This document shows, piece by piece, positions 18,272-28,033 of a stretch of 64,000 nucleotides of DNA. Below the pieces are notes generated by a model. It searched no databases, was not told where the DNA came from, and worked only from the letters and a program-made list of their open reading frames with translations. The stretch comes from an uncultured bacterium (lineage in GTDB: Bacteria; CAZDME01; JAYEMH01), in assembly GCA_964506075.1 (NCBI GenBank), contig CAZDKO010000002.1:16-64015 (forward strand), written 5' to 3'. Made by a program: the position numbers and the translations under genes. Positions within the stretch are counted from its first letter, which is position 1. Each line of letters opens with the position of its first letter.

Positions 18272-19925
18272 AGGCGAAATAGAGAAATTGACCGGGGAGG
18301 CGCTTAAGGAAACTTTAAAATCCAGAAAGATGAATTTAGAGGAGCTTCCGGAGGTTTCCGTTGAAAGAAGCAAGGAAGATAAATTCGGGGATTATTCAAC
18401 CAACATAGCGCTTCTTCTGGGAAAAAAGATAAATGATTCTCCCGTAAACGTCGCTTCCGATATCATCCGGCATATTAAGAACAATGATTTTTTTTCAGAA
18501 ATTAAAGTCGTCCCTCCCGGGTTTATTAATTTTTTTGTAAAGAACGGAAAGCTTCAAGGGGTTTTAAAAGCCATCCTGGACGAGAATAAAAAATTCGGAT
18601 ATTTTAAATCCAGGAATGAAAAAGTACAGGTTGAATTTGTCAGCGCTAACCCGACCGGCCCCTTACACGTCGGGCATGGGCGGGGAGCGGCCATAGGAGA
18701 TTGTATCGCCAATGTTCTTTCGGCTTATGGTTATGAAGTCTGCCGGGAGTATTATCTGAATGATGCCGGTGCCCAGATTGATACCCTGGGGGTATCCGTT
18801 AAATACCGTTATCTTGAGCTTCTGGACCAGAAGGAGAATTTCCCCGATAAATGGAACGAATATCCGACCTATCAGGGAGAATACGTTAAGGAGATTGCCC
18901 GGGAAATAAAGAATAAATATGGAGACGGATGGCGCGAAAAGGAAATCGGTGTTTTCAGCCGGTTTGCGGTTGAGGGTATGACCAGAGGCATTAAAGAGGA
19001 CCTGGAAATTTTCGGTGTTTCTTTTGACCGGTGGTTCAAAGAGAGTGAGCTCCATCAGAAAAAAGAAATAGATAAGATTTTAAAGATACTGGAAAAGAAA
19101 GGATATATTGAGCATAAAGACGGAGCGGTCTGGTTTAAATCGTCTCTTTTTGGCGACGCTAAAGACCGGGTTATAATCAGACAGAACAATGCCCCGACTT
19201 ATCTGGCTTCGGATATCGCTTACCACGCCCAGAAATTTAAACATTATAACCAGGTTGTCAACGTCTGGGGAGCCGACCACCATGGTTATATCCAGCGGAT
19301 GAAAGCGGCGGCAGAGGCCCTGGGTTATAAACCGGAAGATTTAAGGATTGTGCTGGTTCAGCTGGTTAAACTTTCCCGTGAAGGTGAGATAATTTCAATG
19401 TCTACCCGCAGCGGAGAATTTATTACCTTAAGAGAACTTCTTGATGAGGTAGGAAAAGACGCCGCCAGATTTATCTTTATGACCCGGCGAAGTGATGCCC
19501 AGCTTGAATTTGACCTGGAACTGGCCAAGAAGAAGTCTCTTGATAATCCGGTTTACTATATTCAATATGCCCACGCGCGTTTATGCAGTATCCTTAGACT
19601 GGCCGAAGAGAAAAAAATAAATCTTCAAAAACTCAATACGGCCGGGTTAGAATTACTCCAGCAAAAAGAAGAATTAAACCTGATTAAACTTCTGGTTCAG
19701 TTTCCGGATGTAATTGAAGATGCCGCCCGGGCTCTTGAACCGCACCGGTTAACCGTCTATCTGATGGAAATAGCTCAATCTTTCCATAGTTTTTATAATA
19801 TTCACCGGGTGATTACCGATGAAGCTGATTTGACTTTAGCCAGACTTTCTTTAATAAAGTCTATCCAGATTGTTATTGAAAACGCTCTGGGTCTTTTGGG
19901 CGTAGCGGCGCCGGAGAAAATGTAA
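18258..19925 (+). CDS. argS: Arginine--tRNA ligase
   Basis: SANPTGPLHVGHGR (HIGH-type), SMSTRSG (KMSK-type) and a C-terminal DALR-like anticodon-binding region. Confidence 0.95.
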   Translation: MYQIKGEIEKLTGEALKETLKSRKMNLEELPEVSVERSKEDKFGDYSTNIALLLGKKINDSPVNVASDIIRHIKNNDFFSEIKVVPPGFINFFVKNGKLQGVLKAILDENKKFGYFKSRNEKVQVEFVSANPTGPLHVGHGRGAAIGDCIANVLSAYGYEVCREYYLNDAGAQIDTLGVSVKYRYLELLDQKENFPDKWNEYPTYQGEYVKEIAREIKNKYGDGWREKEIGVFSRFAVEGMTRGIKEDLEIFGVSFDRWFKESELHQKKEIDKILKILEKKGYIEHKDGAVWFKSSLFGDAKDRVIIRQNNAPTYLASDIAYHAQKFKHYNQVVNVWGADHHGYIQRMKAAAEALGYKPEDLRIVLVQLVKLSREGEIISMSTRSGEFITLRELLDEVGKDAARFIFMTRRSDAQLEFDLELAKKKSLDNPVYYIQYAHARLCSILRLAEEKKINLQKLNTAGLELLQQKEELNLIKLLVQFPDVIEDAARALEPHRLTVYLMEIAQSFHSFYNIHRVITDEADLTLARLSLIKSIQIVIENALGLLGVAAPEKM

Positions 19926-19927
19926 GT

Positions 19928-21352
19928 ATGGAAATTAAGAAGTATGACCTGATTGTTCTGGGAGCCGGTCCGGGCGGGTATTCAGCGGCCATCAGGGCGG
20001 CTCAACTCGGGAAAAAAGTTGCTCTTATTGAAAAAAATGAGCTGGGAGGGATATGCCTTAATGAGGGGTGTATCCCGACAAAAACGTTTTTAGAATACGT
20101 TGATAATCTGAATATTTTTAAAAAGGCCGGGACCTGGGGAGTTGACCTGGAAATAAAAAATGTAAATTTCCGGGCGTTTTTAAAGCGCAAAGAAAAAATA
20201 GTCAGTATTTTAGTCAACGGGCTTAATAAAACCATTTCATCGTACGGTATTGACGTCTACCGGGGAGAGGGAGTTTTTATCAAACCGGGTTCAATTGAAG
20301 TCCGGGATAGAGAAGATAATCATTACCATTTAGAAGCGCCGAAAATAATTATTGCTTCCGGGTCATTTCCCAGAAAATTTTCTCCTTTTGATTTACCTGA
20401 TGAGGGTTTAATTGACAGTAGTGCGGCTTTAAAATTAGAAATAATTCCTCAAAGCCTGGTTATTGTCGGTGGGGGGGTAATCGGGTGTGAATTCGCCAGT
20501 ATTTTTTCCGGATTAGGCACAAAGGTTATTTTGGTAGAAATAGAAAAGAATATATTGCCTGAGGAAGACAGAGAAATCTCCCGGCGCCTGGAATTTGCTT
20601 TTCGTGCTTCTAACATAAAAGTGTATAAAGAAACAAAGGTGGAAAAAATTGAAAGAAGGAACGATTCCTTATATCTTAAATTGTCCGGCGGGGCTGAAAT
20701 TTCGGGTGAAAAAATATTAATTGCCCTGGGCCGGACCCCGAATACAAAAATAAAAGGAATAGAAAAACTCGGTTCAAAAGACTGGAGAAACGGCATAAAG
20801 GTGAACGAACACTTTGAAACCGACGTAAAAGGCATTTATGCCGTCGGTGACGTTACCGGCGGCCCTTTTCTGGCTCACCGGGCTTATCAGGAAGGGGTGA
20901 TGGCGGCTGAAAACGCTTTCGGGGGGAATAATTTTATTGACCGGGAAGCCATACCGTATTGTGTTTATACCCTGCCGGAAATAGCCAGGGCAGGCTTGAC
21001 CGAGGAGGAAGCGGCCGGAAGAGGAATTAAAATTAAAGTGGGGCGCTATCCTTTCGGAGGTTTAAGCCGGGCGGTAATTTCCAACGAACAGGAAGGAATT
21101 TTTAAAATCATCAGCCGGGAAGATAACGATAAAATTCTGGGCATTCACATTATGGGTAAAAGAGCCACGGATTTAATAGGAGAAGGGGTACTGGCTTTGA
21201 AATTAGGGCTCACCGCTAAAGATTTAATAAAGATTATTCATGCCCATCCGACTTTTTATGAAGGAATCCACAGCGCCGCTGAAGACGTGCTTGATGAGGC
21301 CATTCATCTGCCTTTAAAAATTTTGAAAAAGAATAACCGGCCATTAAATTAA
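19928..21352 (+). CDS. lpdA: Dihydrolipoyl dehydrogenase (E3)
   Basis: FAD GxGxxG (GAGPGGY), redox-active disulfide GGICLNEGCIPTK, NAD GGGVIGCE, and C-terminal HAHPT. Confidence 0.85.
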   Translation: MEIKKYDLIVLGAGPGGYSAAIRAAQLGKKVALIEKNELGGICLNEGCIPTKTFLEYVDNLNIFKKAGTWGVDLEIKNVNFRAFLKRKEKIVSILVNGLNKTISSYGIDVYRGEGVFIKPGSIEVRDREDNHYHLEAPKIIIASGSFPRKFSPFDLPDEGLIDSSAALKLEIIPQSLVIVGGGVIGCEFASIFSGLGTKVILVEIEKNILPEEDREISRRLEFAFRASNIKVYKETKVEKIERRNDSLYLKLSGGAEISGEKILIALGRTPNTKIKGIEKLGSKDWRNGIKVNEHFETDVKGIYAVGDVTGGPFLAHRAYQEGVMAAENAFGGNNFIDREAIPYCVYTLPEIARAGLTEEEAAGRGIKIKVGRYPFGGLSRAVISNEQEGIFKIISREDNDKILGIHIMGKRATDLIGEGVLALKLGLTAKDLIKIIHAHPTFYEGIHSAAEDVLDEAIHLPLKILKKNNRPLN

Positions 21353-21375
21353 TAAGTATTATAAATTAAAAACTG

Positions 21376-21645
21376 ATGAAAATTGAAATAAGATTGGAAG
21401 CTCCGGGATTCGGGACAAGGGAAGCCGTTATAGTACAATGGTTGGCTGATATCGGCGATACAGTTACCGAAGAGCAGCCCATTATAGAGCTTATGAGTGA
21501 ACAGGAAATGTTTTCTGTTTTTGCTCCGGCTGATGGAATCATTCAGGATACGTTTTTTCGCGCCGGAGAGACGGTAACGGTTAATGACGTCTTAGGTATC
21601 ATTGAAACCGATATAGAACTTTTTGATAAAACCATAAGGAGATAA
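21376..21645 (+). CDS. Lipoyl/biotinyl-domain-like protein lacking the modifiable lysine
   Basis: 89-aa ORF with hammerhead-barrel pattern (VIVQWLADIGDTVTEEQPIIELMSEQEMFSVFAPADGII). The position aligned by eye to the DK/MK lysine is Gln. Confidence 0.5.
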   Translation: MKIEIRLEAPGFGTREAVIVQWLADIGDTVTEEQPIIELMSEQEMFSVFAPADGIIQDTFFRAGETVTVNDVLGIIETDIELFDKTIRR

Positions 21646-21647
21646 AC

Positions 21648-22853
21648 GTGGAGAGCTATTTATCCTCAAGAATTAATTCAATAACCCCATCTTCTACCCT
21701 GGCCATCAGCGCTCAAGCTAAAGCCATGCAGAGTCAGGGGATTAACGTGATTAGCCTGGCGGCCGGAGAACCGGATTTTGACACGCCCGAGTATATTAAA
21801 GAGGCGGCCATTGAAGCTTTAAAAGGTGGTTTTACCAGATATACACCGGCTTCAGGCACGGCTGAACTTAAAGAAGCGGTTGCCCATAAATTTAAAAAGG
21901 ATAACCAGCTTGATTATAAAGCCGATGAAATTATTATTTCCTGCGGGGCAAAACATTCTCTTTACAACGTCATCCAGGTGCTTTGTGATAAAGGGGATGA
22001 AGTTATTATTCCGTCGCCATACTGGCTGACTTATCCGGCTCAGGTTAAATTAGCCGGCGCCACTGCGGTAATCATTCCTACTTTAGAGGAAAGAAATTTC
22101 AAGTTATCCTTAAGCCTTCTTAAAAGAGCGATAACCAGGAACAGTAAAGTTTTGATTATAAATTCACCGTCTAACCCCACCGGTGCCGTTTATAAACAAA
22201 GTGAACTTGAAGAGATAAAAGAGGTTTGTCTGGAACATAATATCTGGGTTATTTCCGATGAGATATACGAAAAGATTATTTATGATGATTGCCGGCACGT
22301 CAGCATTGCTTCTCTCGGAGAGGACATAAAGAATAAAACCCTGGTGGTGAACGGAGTCTCCAAAACTTACGCCATGACCGGATGGCGGATAGGGTACGCC
22401 GCGGGCCCCAGAGAGGTTATTGCGGCCATGTCTAAACTTCAGAGCCACAGCACTTCCAACCCGACTTCTTTTGCCCAGAAAGGGGCTATGGCGGCTTTAA
22501 AAGATCCCCAGGGGGAAAAGATAATTTCAAAAATGGTAAACGCTTTTTACGAACGTCGGAATTTCTTAGTCAGCGAATTAAACCGATGGGAAAAAGTCCG
22601 TTTTGTGAATCCTTCCGGTGCTTTTTATTTATTCCTTGACGTTTCTGAATATTTCGGTACTGTTTGTAACAACGTGGAAATTAAGTCTTCAATCCAATTC
22701 AGTCAATCTTTACTTGAAGGTGCCCGGGTAGCGGTTGTTCCCGGTGCCGCTTTTGGAGGAGATGAATTTATCCGCCTTTCATTCGCTACCTCCATAGAGA
22801 ACATAAAAGAAGCTTTAGCCAGAATCAAGAAGTTTTTAAAAACATTATCTTAA
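21648..22853 (+). CDS. Aspartate/aromatic aminotransferase (class I PLP-dependent)
   Basis: GTG start. LAAGEPDFDTP, SPSNPTG and the PLP-Lys region NGVSKTYAMTGWRIGY are present. Confidence 0.85.
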   Translation: MESYLSSRINSITPSSTLAISAQAKAMQSQGINVISLAAGEPDFDTPEYIKEAAIEALKGGFTRYTPASGTAELKEAVAHKFKKDNQLDYKADEIIISCGAKHSLYNVIQVLCDKGDEVIIPSPYWLTYPAQVKLAGATAVIIPTLEERNFKLSLSLLKRAITRNSKVLIINSPSNPTGAVYKQSELEEIKEVCLEHNIWVISDEIYEKIIYDDCRHVSIASLGEDIKNKTLVVNGVSKTYAMTGWRIGYAAGPREVIAAMSKLQSHSTSNPTSFAQKGAMAALKDPQGEKIISKMVNAFYERRNFLVSELNRWEKVRFVNPSGAFYLFLDVSEYFGTVCNNVEIKSSIQFSQSLLEGARVAVVPGAAFGGDEFIRLSFATSIENIKEALARIKKFLKTLS

Positions 22854-22873
22854 TTATTTTTATAAATTTCAGT

Positions 22874-22911
22874 CCCCAGAAAGATATACCGGTCTTTCTT
22901 GGGGCTTTTTA
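22874..22911 (+). terminator. Rho-independent terminator after the aminotransferase gene
   Basis: CCCCAGAAAGA / TCTTTCTTGGGG stem (one bulged T), 8-nt loop, followed by CTTTTTA. Confidence 0.55.
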
Positions 22912-22972
22912 TGTTGATAAGGTCTTTTCTTTATGATATAAATATATCACTATAAGCTACAAGGGGATAAAA

Positions 22973-24091
22973 ATGGCGGTAAAACGCATATTATTGCTGT
23001 ACATTTCAGTCGGTTCCGGCCATCAGCAGGCGGCCGATTCCATCGTTAACGGAATCACCCAGCTAAACCCTCAGATTCAAGCTCTCAGTGTTAATTCTTT
23101 TAATTACATTAACCCTCTTTTAGAAAGAGTAGTCAACAGTATTTATATGGGCATCATAAAGGCTACTCCCGAGGTGTGGGACTATCTTTATGATAATCCT
23201 AAAATTGTCGGTAAAACGGCCGAAGTTCGTAAATTCGTCAATAAAGTAAATTCCCCCGGTTTAATCAAACTGGTAGAAGATTTTAAACCGGACGTAATTG
23301 TTTGCACCCAGGCCTTTCCCTGCGGAATCATCGCGGCTTACAAAGAGAAAAATAACGTTAATATCCCTCTGATAGCCGTAGCTACGGACTATATCGTTCA
23401 TTCTTACTGGATTCATAATAAGGTTGACATTTACATTGTCCCTTCAGAAGATACCAAAAAGATTTTAATCAAAAGTACCGTCCCGGAAGATAAAATCCTG
23501 CCTTACGGCATACCGATTAACCCTCTTTTTAGATTAAAATACGATAAAGAAAGGATTTTCCGCGAGCTTAATTTAAATCCGGAACTTCCGATAGTATTAA
23601 TTATGGGCGGGAGCCAGGGGTTGGGAAATCTGTACCGGATAACGATGCATCTGGAAAAAGTGAATTTTCCTTTTCAGATAATTATCATCACCGGCACAAA
23701 CGGTTTCCTGCGGAAAAAATTAGAAAGGAAACAAAGACGTTTTAAAAAACCGACCAAGGTACTCAGTTTTGTCAATAACATTTACGAATTTATGGAAGTG
23801 GCTTCTTTAATCATTACCAAAGCCGGCGGGTTGACCGTAGCTGAATCTTTATCCAAAGGATTACCGCTGCTTATCATTAACCCTATCCCCGGGCAGGAAG
23901 AGAAAAACACCCAGTTCCTGCTGAAAGAAGGCGTGGCTTTAAGAGCGAATAATGAAAGACATCTTTGCCATATTATCAAGGATTTGTTTGAAGATTCAGG
24001 AAAACTGGCGGAAATGCGGACGAAGGCGGCCGCTCTGGGTAAGCCGAATTCTTCAATAAACATTGCCAACTTATTAATTAATATAAAGTAA
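22973..24091 (+). CDS. MGDG-synthase/UgtP-family diacylglycerol glycosyltransferase
   Basis: N-terminal ILLLYISVGSGHQQAA and C-terminal GT28-like ITKAGGLTVAESL...PGQEE.N. Confidence 0.7.
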   Translation: MAVKRILLLYISVGSGHQQAADSIVNGITQLNPQIQALSVNSFNYINPLLERVVNSIYMGIIKATPEVWDYLYDNPKIVGKTAEVRKFVNKVNSPGLIKLVEDFKPDVIVCTQAFPCGIIAAYKEKNNVNIPLIAVATDYIVHSYWIHNKVDIYIVPSEDTKKILIKSTVPEDKILPYGIPINPLFRLKYDKERIFRELNLNPELPIVLIMGGSQGLGNLYRITMHLEKVNFPFQIIIITGTNGFLRKKLERKQRRFKKPTKVLSFVNNIYEFMEVASLIITKAGGLTVAESLSKGLPLLIINPIPGQEEKNTQFLLKEGVALRANNERHLCHIIKDLFEDSGKLAEMRTKAAALGKPNSSINIANLLINIK

Positions 24092-24966
24092 TGGGTGCTT
24101 TTTTTTATAAATCAGCGTCTTTTTTAGTTAATCATCTGCCTTTAGAATTTTGTTATCGGTTAGCGGTGCGAATAGGCGATATATACTGCCTTTTTGCCCG
24201 TTCTAACCGCCGGGCAATCAAAAGCAACCTGACGCATATTTTTAACGGCAACATAGATAAAAAGAAACTCAATTTTTATATAAGACAGACTTTCAGGGAA
24301 TTCAGTAAATATTTAGTGGAATTTTTATTTTTCCCTCAGTTATCCGTAGAAAATATCGACCGGTTTATTAAAATAGAAAACGCTGATTATATAGAGGAGG
24401 CCTTAAAAAACGGCAATGGAGTGATTATTTTAACCGCCCATTTCGGCAACTGGGAATTAGGCGGCATAACTATGGGGTTAAAGGGCTATCCGATCAGTGC
24501 CGTTGCCTTAGACCACAGAGACAGTGAGGTTAACCGGTTTTTTTTGAACCAGCGTAAAAGTAAAGGTGAAAATATAATCCGATTAGGTTTTGGTATGCGC
24601 CAGTGTTTTGATATCCTTCGGGAAAATAAAATACTGGCTTTGGTCGGCGACCGGGATTTTAATCATTCGGAAACGGGTTTAAAGGTAAATTTTTGCGGCC
24701 AGGAAACGCTCAGCTGTATCCCGATGGGTGCGGCTAAGTTAGCACTTAAGACCGGAGCAGCAATTGTTCCCGGCTTTGTGGTGAGAGATGAAAAAAATAT
24801 GTGCCGGCTAACCTTCAGCCCCTCTTTAAAAATAACAGAAACCGGTAATAAAGAAAAAGATATCAAATCAATAATGGAAGATTTTTTTAACGTTTTTAAA
24901 AAACATATACTACAGTATCCCTATCTATGGTTTTTGTTTAGACCTTTGTGGGAAGAAATTAAATAA
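24091..24966 (+). CDS. Lipid A biosynthesis (LpxL/HtrB-type) acyltransferase family protein
   Basis: LTAHFGNWELGG (HX4-type acyltransferase motif of the Lip_A_acyltrans family). ATG overlaps the preceding stop. Confidence 0.7.
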   Translation: MGAFFYKSASFLVNHLPLEFCYRLAVRIGDIYCLFARSNRRAIKSNLTHIFNGNIDKKKLNFYIRQTFREFSKYLVEFLFFPQLSVENIDRFIKIENADYIEEALKNGNGVIILTAHFGNWELGGITMGLKGYPISAVALDHRDSEVNRFFLNQRKSKGENIIRLGFGMRQCFDILRENKILALVGDRDFNHSETGLKVNFCGQETLSCIPMGAAKLALKTGAAIVPGFVVRDEKNMCRLTFSPSLKITETGNKEKDIKSIMEDFFNVFKKHILQYPYLWFLFRPLWEEIK

Positions 24967-25641
24967 ATGAAAAATATCTGCGCTTTAATTCCCGCTTATA
25001 ATGAAGAAGAAACAATCGGCGATTTAGTCAGCGGGTTACGTTTGAAAGTGGAAAACGTATTTGTCGTTAATGACGGTTCTCTAGATAATACCGCTCAGGT
25101 GGCTGAAAGGGCCGGGGCAGTTGTTTTACAGCATGACCGGTGTCTGGGTAAAGGAGCCTCTTTAAGGACCGGTTATGATTATTGTTTATCCAGAGAGTTT
25201 ACCGCTGTATTAAATCTCGATTCTGACGGCCAGCATGACTGGCAGGATGCGGATAATTTCTTTAAGGCTTTTGAGGAGACGCACGCCGGAATTATTATTG
25301 GCGACAGGATGAATGACGTTAAGGATATGCCCTGGTTGAGATATATGACTAACCGCCTCACTTCAAGGATTATATCTTCTTTGATAAAGCAGGAGGTAAA
25401 CGATACTCAGTGCGGGTATAGATTAATTCAAAGTGAAGTTTTGAAAAAAATAAAATTAACCACGGCGCATTTTGACACCGAATCGGAATTGTTAATTAAG
25501 GCCGGCCGGCTGGGATGCAAGATTTTTTCCGTGCCGATTAAAACTATTTATAGAAGAGAGAAAAGTAAGATTAATCGTCTCGTTGATACCTGCCGGTTTA
25601 TCAGGCTCATCTGGCGAAGTTTTTTATGGGCGCATAAATAA
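24967..25641 (+). CDS. Family 2 glycosyltransferase (polyprenol-phosphate sugar transferase-like)
   Basis: ALIPAYNEEETIG, VVNDGSLDNT, LDSDGQHD and QCGYRL. Confidence 0.75.
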   Translation: MKNICALIPAYNEEETIGDLVSGLRLKVENVFVVNDGSLDNTAQVAERAGAVVLQHDRCLGKGASLRTGYDYCLSREFTAVLNLDSDGQHDWQDADNFFKAFEETHAGIIIGDRMNDVKDMPWLRYMTNRLTSRIISSLIKQEVNDTQCGYRLIQSEVLKKIKLTTAHFDTESELLIKAGRLGCKIFSVPIKTIYRREKSKINRLVDTCRFIRLIWRSFLWAHK

Positions 25642-25652
25642 AGTGTTTAAAA

Positions 25653-26297
25653 ATGGATAAAATTAAGGATGCCCGTTTAAATATGCTGCGGGAACAGATA
25701 GTGGGAAGGGGAATCACCAATCTTCTGGTCATATCGGCGATGCAGAAGGTTCCTCGCCATAAATTTATTGAGGAAAAATTTCTTAACGAGGCTTATGAAG
25801 ATTATCCCTTACCGATTGAAAATGGACAGACTATTTCCCAGCCTTATATGGTCGCTTTAATGACCCAGGCCCTGGAGCTTAAAGGCGGGGAAAAGGTTTT
25901 AGAAATCGGTTCAGGTTCAGGATACCAGGCGGCGGTGCTGGCCGAGATTGCCGGGGGAGTTTACAGCGTGGAAAGATTTGCCGATTTAGCTGAAAAGGCG
26001 AAAAGAGTTCTCGGTGAGCTGGGGTATAACAATATCAGGATTAAATCCGGTGACGGAACGTTAGGCTGGGAGGAATTTTCTCCTTACGACGGAATTATTG
26101 TTACCGCCGGAGCCCCTGACTTGCCGCAGCCGTTGGTTCAGCAGTTAGCCGAGGGCGGAAGGTTGGTAATTCCCATCGGCGGGAGATTTATGCAGACTCT
26201 ATACGCATATAAAAAAAAGAATGATAGATTAGAAGAAGAAAGCCTCTGTGGCTGTCAGTTTGTTCCCCTGGTCGGTGAAGAAGGCTGGAGAGACTGA
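25653..26297 (+). CDS. pcm: Protein-L-isoaspartate O-methyltransferase
   Basis: VPRHKF, QTISQPYMVALM and VLEIGSGSGYQAAVLA. Confidence 0.9.
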   Translation: MDKIKDARLNMLREQIVGRGITNLLVISAMQKVPRHKFIEEKFLNEAYEDYPLPIENGQTISQPYMVALMTQALELKGGEKVLEIGSGSGYQAAVLAEIAGGVYSVERFADLAEKAKRVLGELGYNNIRIKSGDGTLGWEEFSPYDGIIVTAGAPDLPQPLVQQLAEGGRLVIPIGGRFMQTLYAYKKKNDRLEEESLCGCQFVPLVGEEGWRD

Positions 26298-26301
26298 TAT
26301 A

Positions 26302-26793
26302 ATGGAAAAATTAATCAGCTGTTTTCAAGGGTGCCCGAAAGAATTATTGACCGTATTGATAGCGGCGCTTCCTATTTCTGAATTGAGAGGGGCTATCCCG
26401 TTTGCTTTAGGGATGAATATCCCTGTTTTTAAAGCTTATCTTTTGGCCGTATTCGGTAATTTAATCCCGATAGTTCCGCTGTTGCTTTTTTTTGGCGAGG
26501 TGGTTCGCGTGCTGGAAAGATTTAAATTAGGAAAAAAATTTTTAAACTGGCTGTTTACCAGGACGCGGAGCCGGAGCCAGCTGATGCAAAAATTTGAGTT
26601 TTTCGGCTTGATTATATTTGTCGCCATTCCTTTGCCGGTGACCGGAGCCTGGACAGGGACGGTAGCGGCTTTTCTTTTCGGGATGAGGTTCCGCTATGCT
26701 TTCTTAGCCATCAGTCTGGGAGTGATGATTGCCGGTGTTATCGTGACGGTAATAAGTGTGGGTGGTTTTCAGTTTTTAAAATTTATAAGGTAA
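26302..26793 (+). CDS. Small multi-TM membrane protein (COG2426-like putative small multidrug export protein)
   Basis: Start re-picked to ATG 26302 (MEKLISCF). It has PISELRGAIPFA and four hydrophobic helices. Confidence 0.5.
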   Translation: MEKLISCFQGCPKELLTVLIAALPISELRGAIPFALGMNIPVFKAYLLAVFGNLIPIVPLLLFFGEVVRVLERFKLGKKFLNWLFTRTRSRSQLMQKFEFFGLIIFVAIPLPVTGAWTGTVAAFLFGMRFRYAFLAISLGVMIAGVIVTVISVGGFQFLKFIR

Positions 26794-26796
26794 AGT

Positions 26797-26875
26797 CGGG
26801 GTGTAGCGCAGCCCGGTTTAGCGCGCACGGTTCGGGACCGTGAGGCCGGGAGTTCAAATCTCCCCACCCCGACCA
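26797..26875 (+). tRNA. tRNA-Pro (anticodon CGG), CCA encoded
   Basis: CGGGGTG-TA-GCGC...CACGG-TTCGGGA-CCGTG...GGGAGTTCAAATCTCCC-CACCCCG-ACCA. Confidence 0.9.
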
Positions 26876-26970
26876 TTAAAAATTTGTAATCTGGTTTACC
26901 ACAAATTTCTATTATTTCCTCTGAAGGATATATCAAAAACCTCTTAATCTATGTTTTTTAAAAAATTAAA

Positions 26971-27255
26971 ATGACCGATAACGTTCGTTTACATGTTTAT
27001 TTTAGAGGGACCGTCCAGGGGGTAGGATTCAGGTTCTATACCGAACGGGTCGCCCGGAATTTTTCTTTAAGCGGGTTCGTCAGAAATTTGCCCGACGGCT
27101 CGGTAGAGGTTACGGCCGAAGGAGAAAAAAAGGTTTTAGAAAGATTTTTAGATAATTTGATTTCAGGGAGTCTGGGTCCATACATCAGCTCTAAAGACGT
27201 TTCCTGGGACCACCCGACCGGTGAATTTAAAGATTTTACCATCAGTTACTGGTAA
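26971..27255 (+). CDS. acyP: Acylphosphatase
   Basis: 94 aa with VYFRGTVQGVGFRFYT and GFVRNLPDGSVEV. Confidence 0.85.
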   Translation: MTDNVRLHVYFRGTVQGVGFRFYTERVARNFSLSGFVRNLPDGSVEVTAEGEKKVLERFLDNLISGSLGPYISSKDVSWDHPTGEFKDFTISYW

Positions 27256-27285
27256 GGTTTTTAATTTAAGAACGGAAAGCCGAAA

Positions 27286-28011
27286 ATGAAATACGGTTTA
27301 ATGGCTGATATCCATGGAAATTTAGAAGCTCTTGAAGTTATCCTGGATAATTTTAAAAAACAAGCCGTAGATAAAATCCTTTGCGTCGGTGACCTGGTGG
27401 GGTACGGTGCCAGTCCGGATGCCTGTATAGATAAGGTGAGGGACCTGTCTGTTGTATGCGTAGCCGGTAATCATGACCGGGCGGTGCTGAAAAAAACAGA
27501 CGTTGATTATTTTAATCCCCAGGCAAAAGAAGCGGTTCTCTGGACGGAAAAAAAACTGGAGAAAAAAAACAAAAAATTTTTAGAAAGCCTGCCTCTTTTA
27601 ATAGAAGAAAATAATTTCCAGCTTGTTCACGCCAGTTTGGTTAATCCAGCCGAATGGTCTTACGTTTTAAACTTCTATGATGCCAACGGTAATTTTCTGG
27701 TGATGAAAAGTCCGCTGCTTTTTATAGGACATTCTCACGTGCCGATTGTCTTTTTATTGAACATAGGGAGAATCGGTTATAGCTTTAGCAGCCGGATTAA
27801 GATTGAAAGGGGAATCAAATATATAGTTAACGTGGGAAGCGTGGGCCAGCCCCGCGACGGAGACCCCCGCGCCTGCTCCGTTTTATATGACGACAAAAAA
27901 AAGGAAATTATTTTTCAGAGATTTGATTACCCGATAGAAAAGGCCCAGGAGAAAATAAGAGCCGCCGGTTTACCGGAAATAGAAGCGGCCCGTTTATCGG
28001 AAGGCATATAG
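27286..28011 (+). CDS. Metallophosphoesterase (YfcE/MJ0936-like)
   Basis: ADIHGN, GDLVGYG, GNHD and GHSH motifs in the canonical order. Confidence 0.75.
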   Translation: MKYGLMADIHGNLEALEVILDNFKKQAVDKILCVGDLVGYGASPDACIDKVRDLSVVCVAGNHDRAVLKKTDVDYFNPQAKEAVLWTEKKLEKKNKKFLESLPLLIEENNFQLVHASLVNPAEWSYVLNFYDANGNFLVMKSPLLFIGHSHVPIVFLLNIGRIGYSFSSRIKIERGIKYIVNVGSVGQPRDGDPRACSVLYDDKKKEIIFQRFDYPIEKAQEKIRAAGLPEIEAARLSEGI

Positions 28012-28033
28012 AGTCGGTAAGGAGCCCGGTCCG

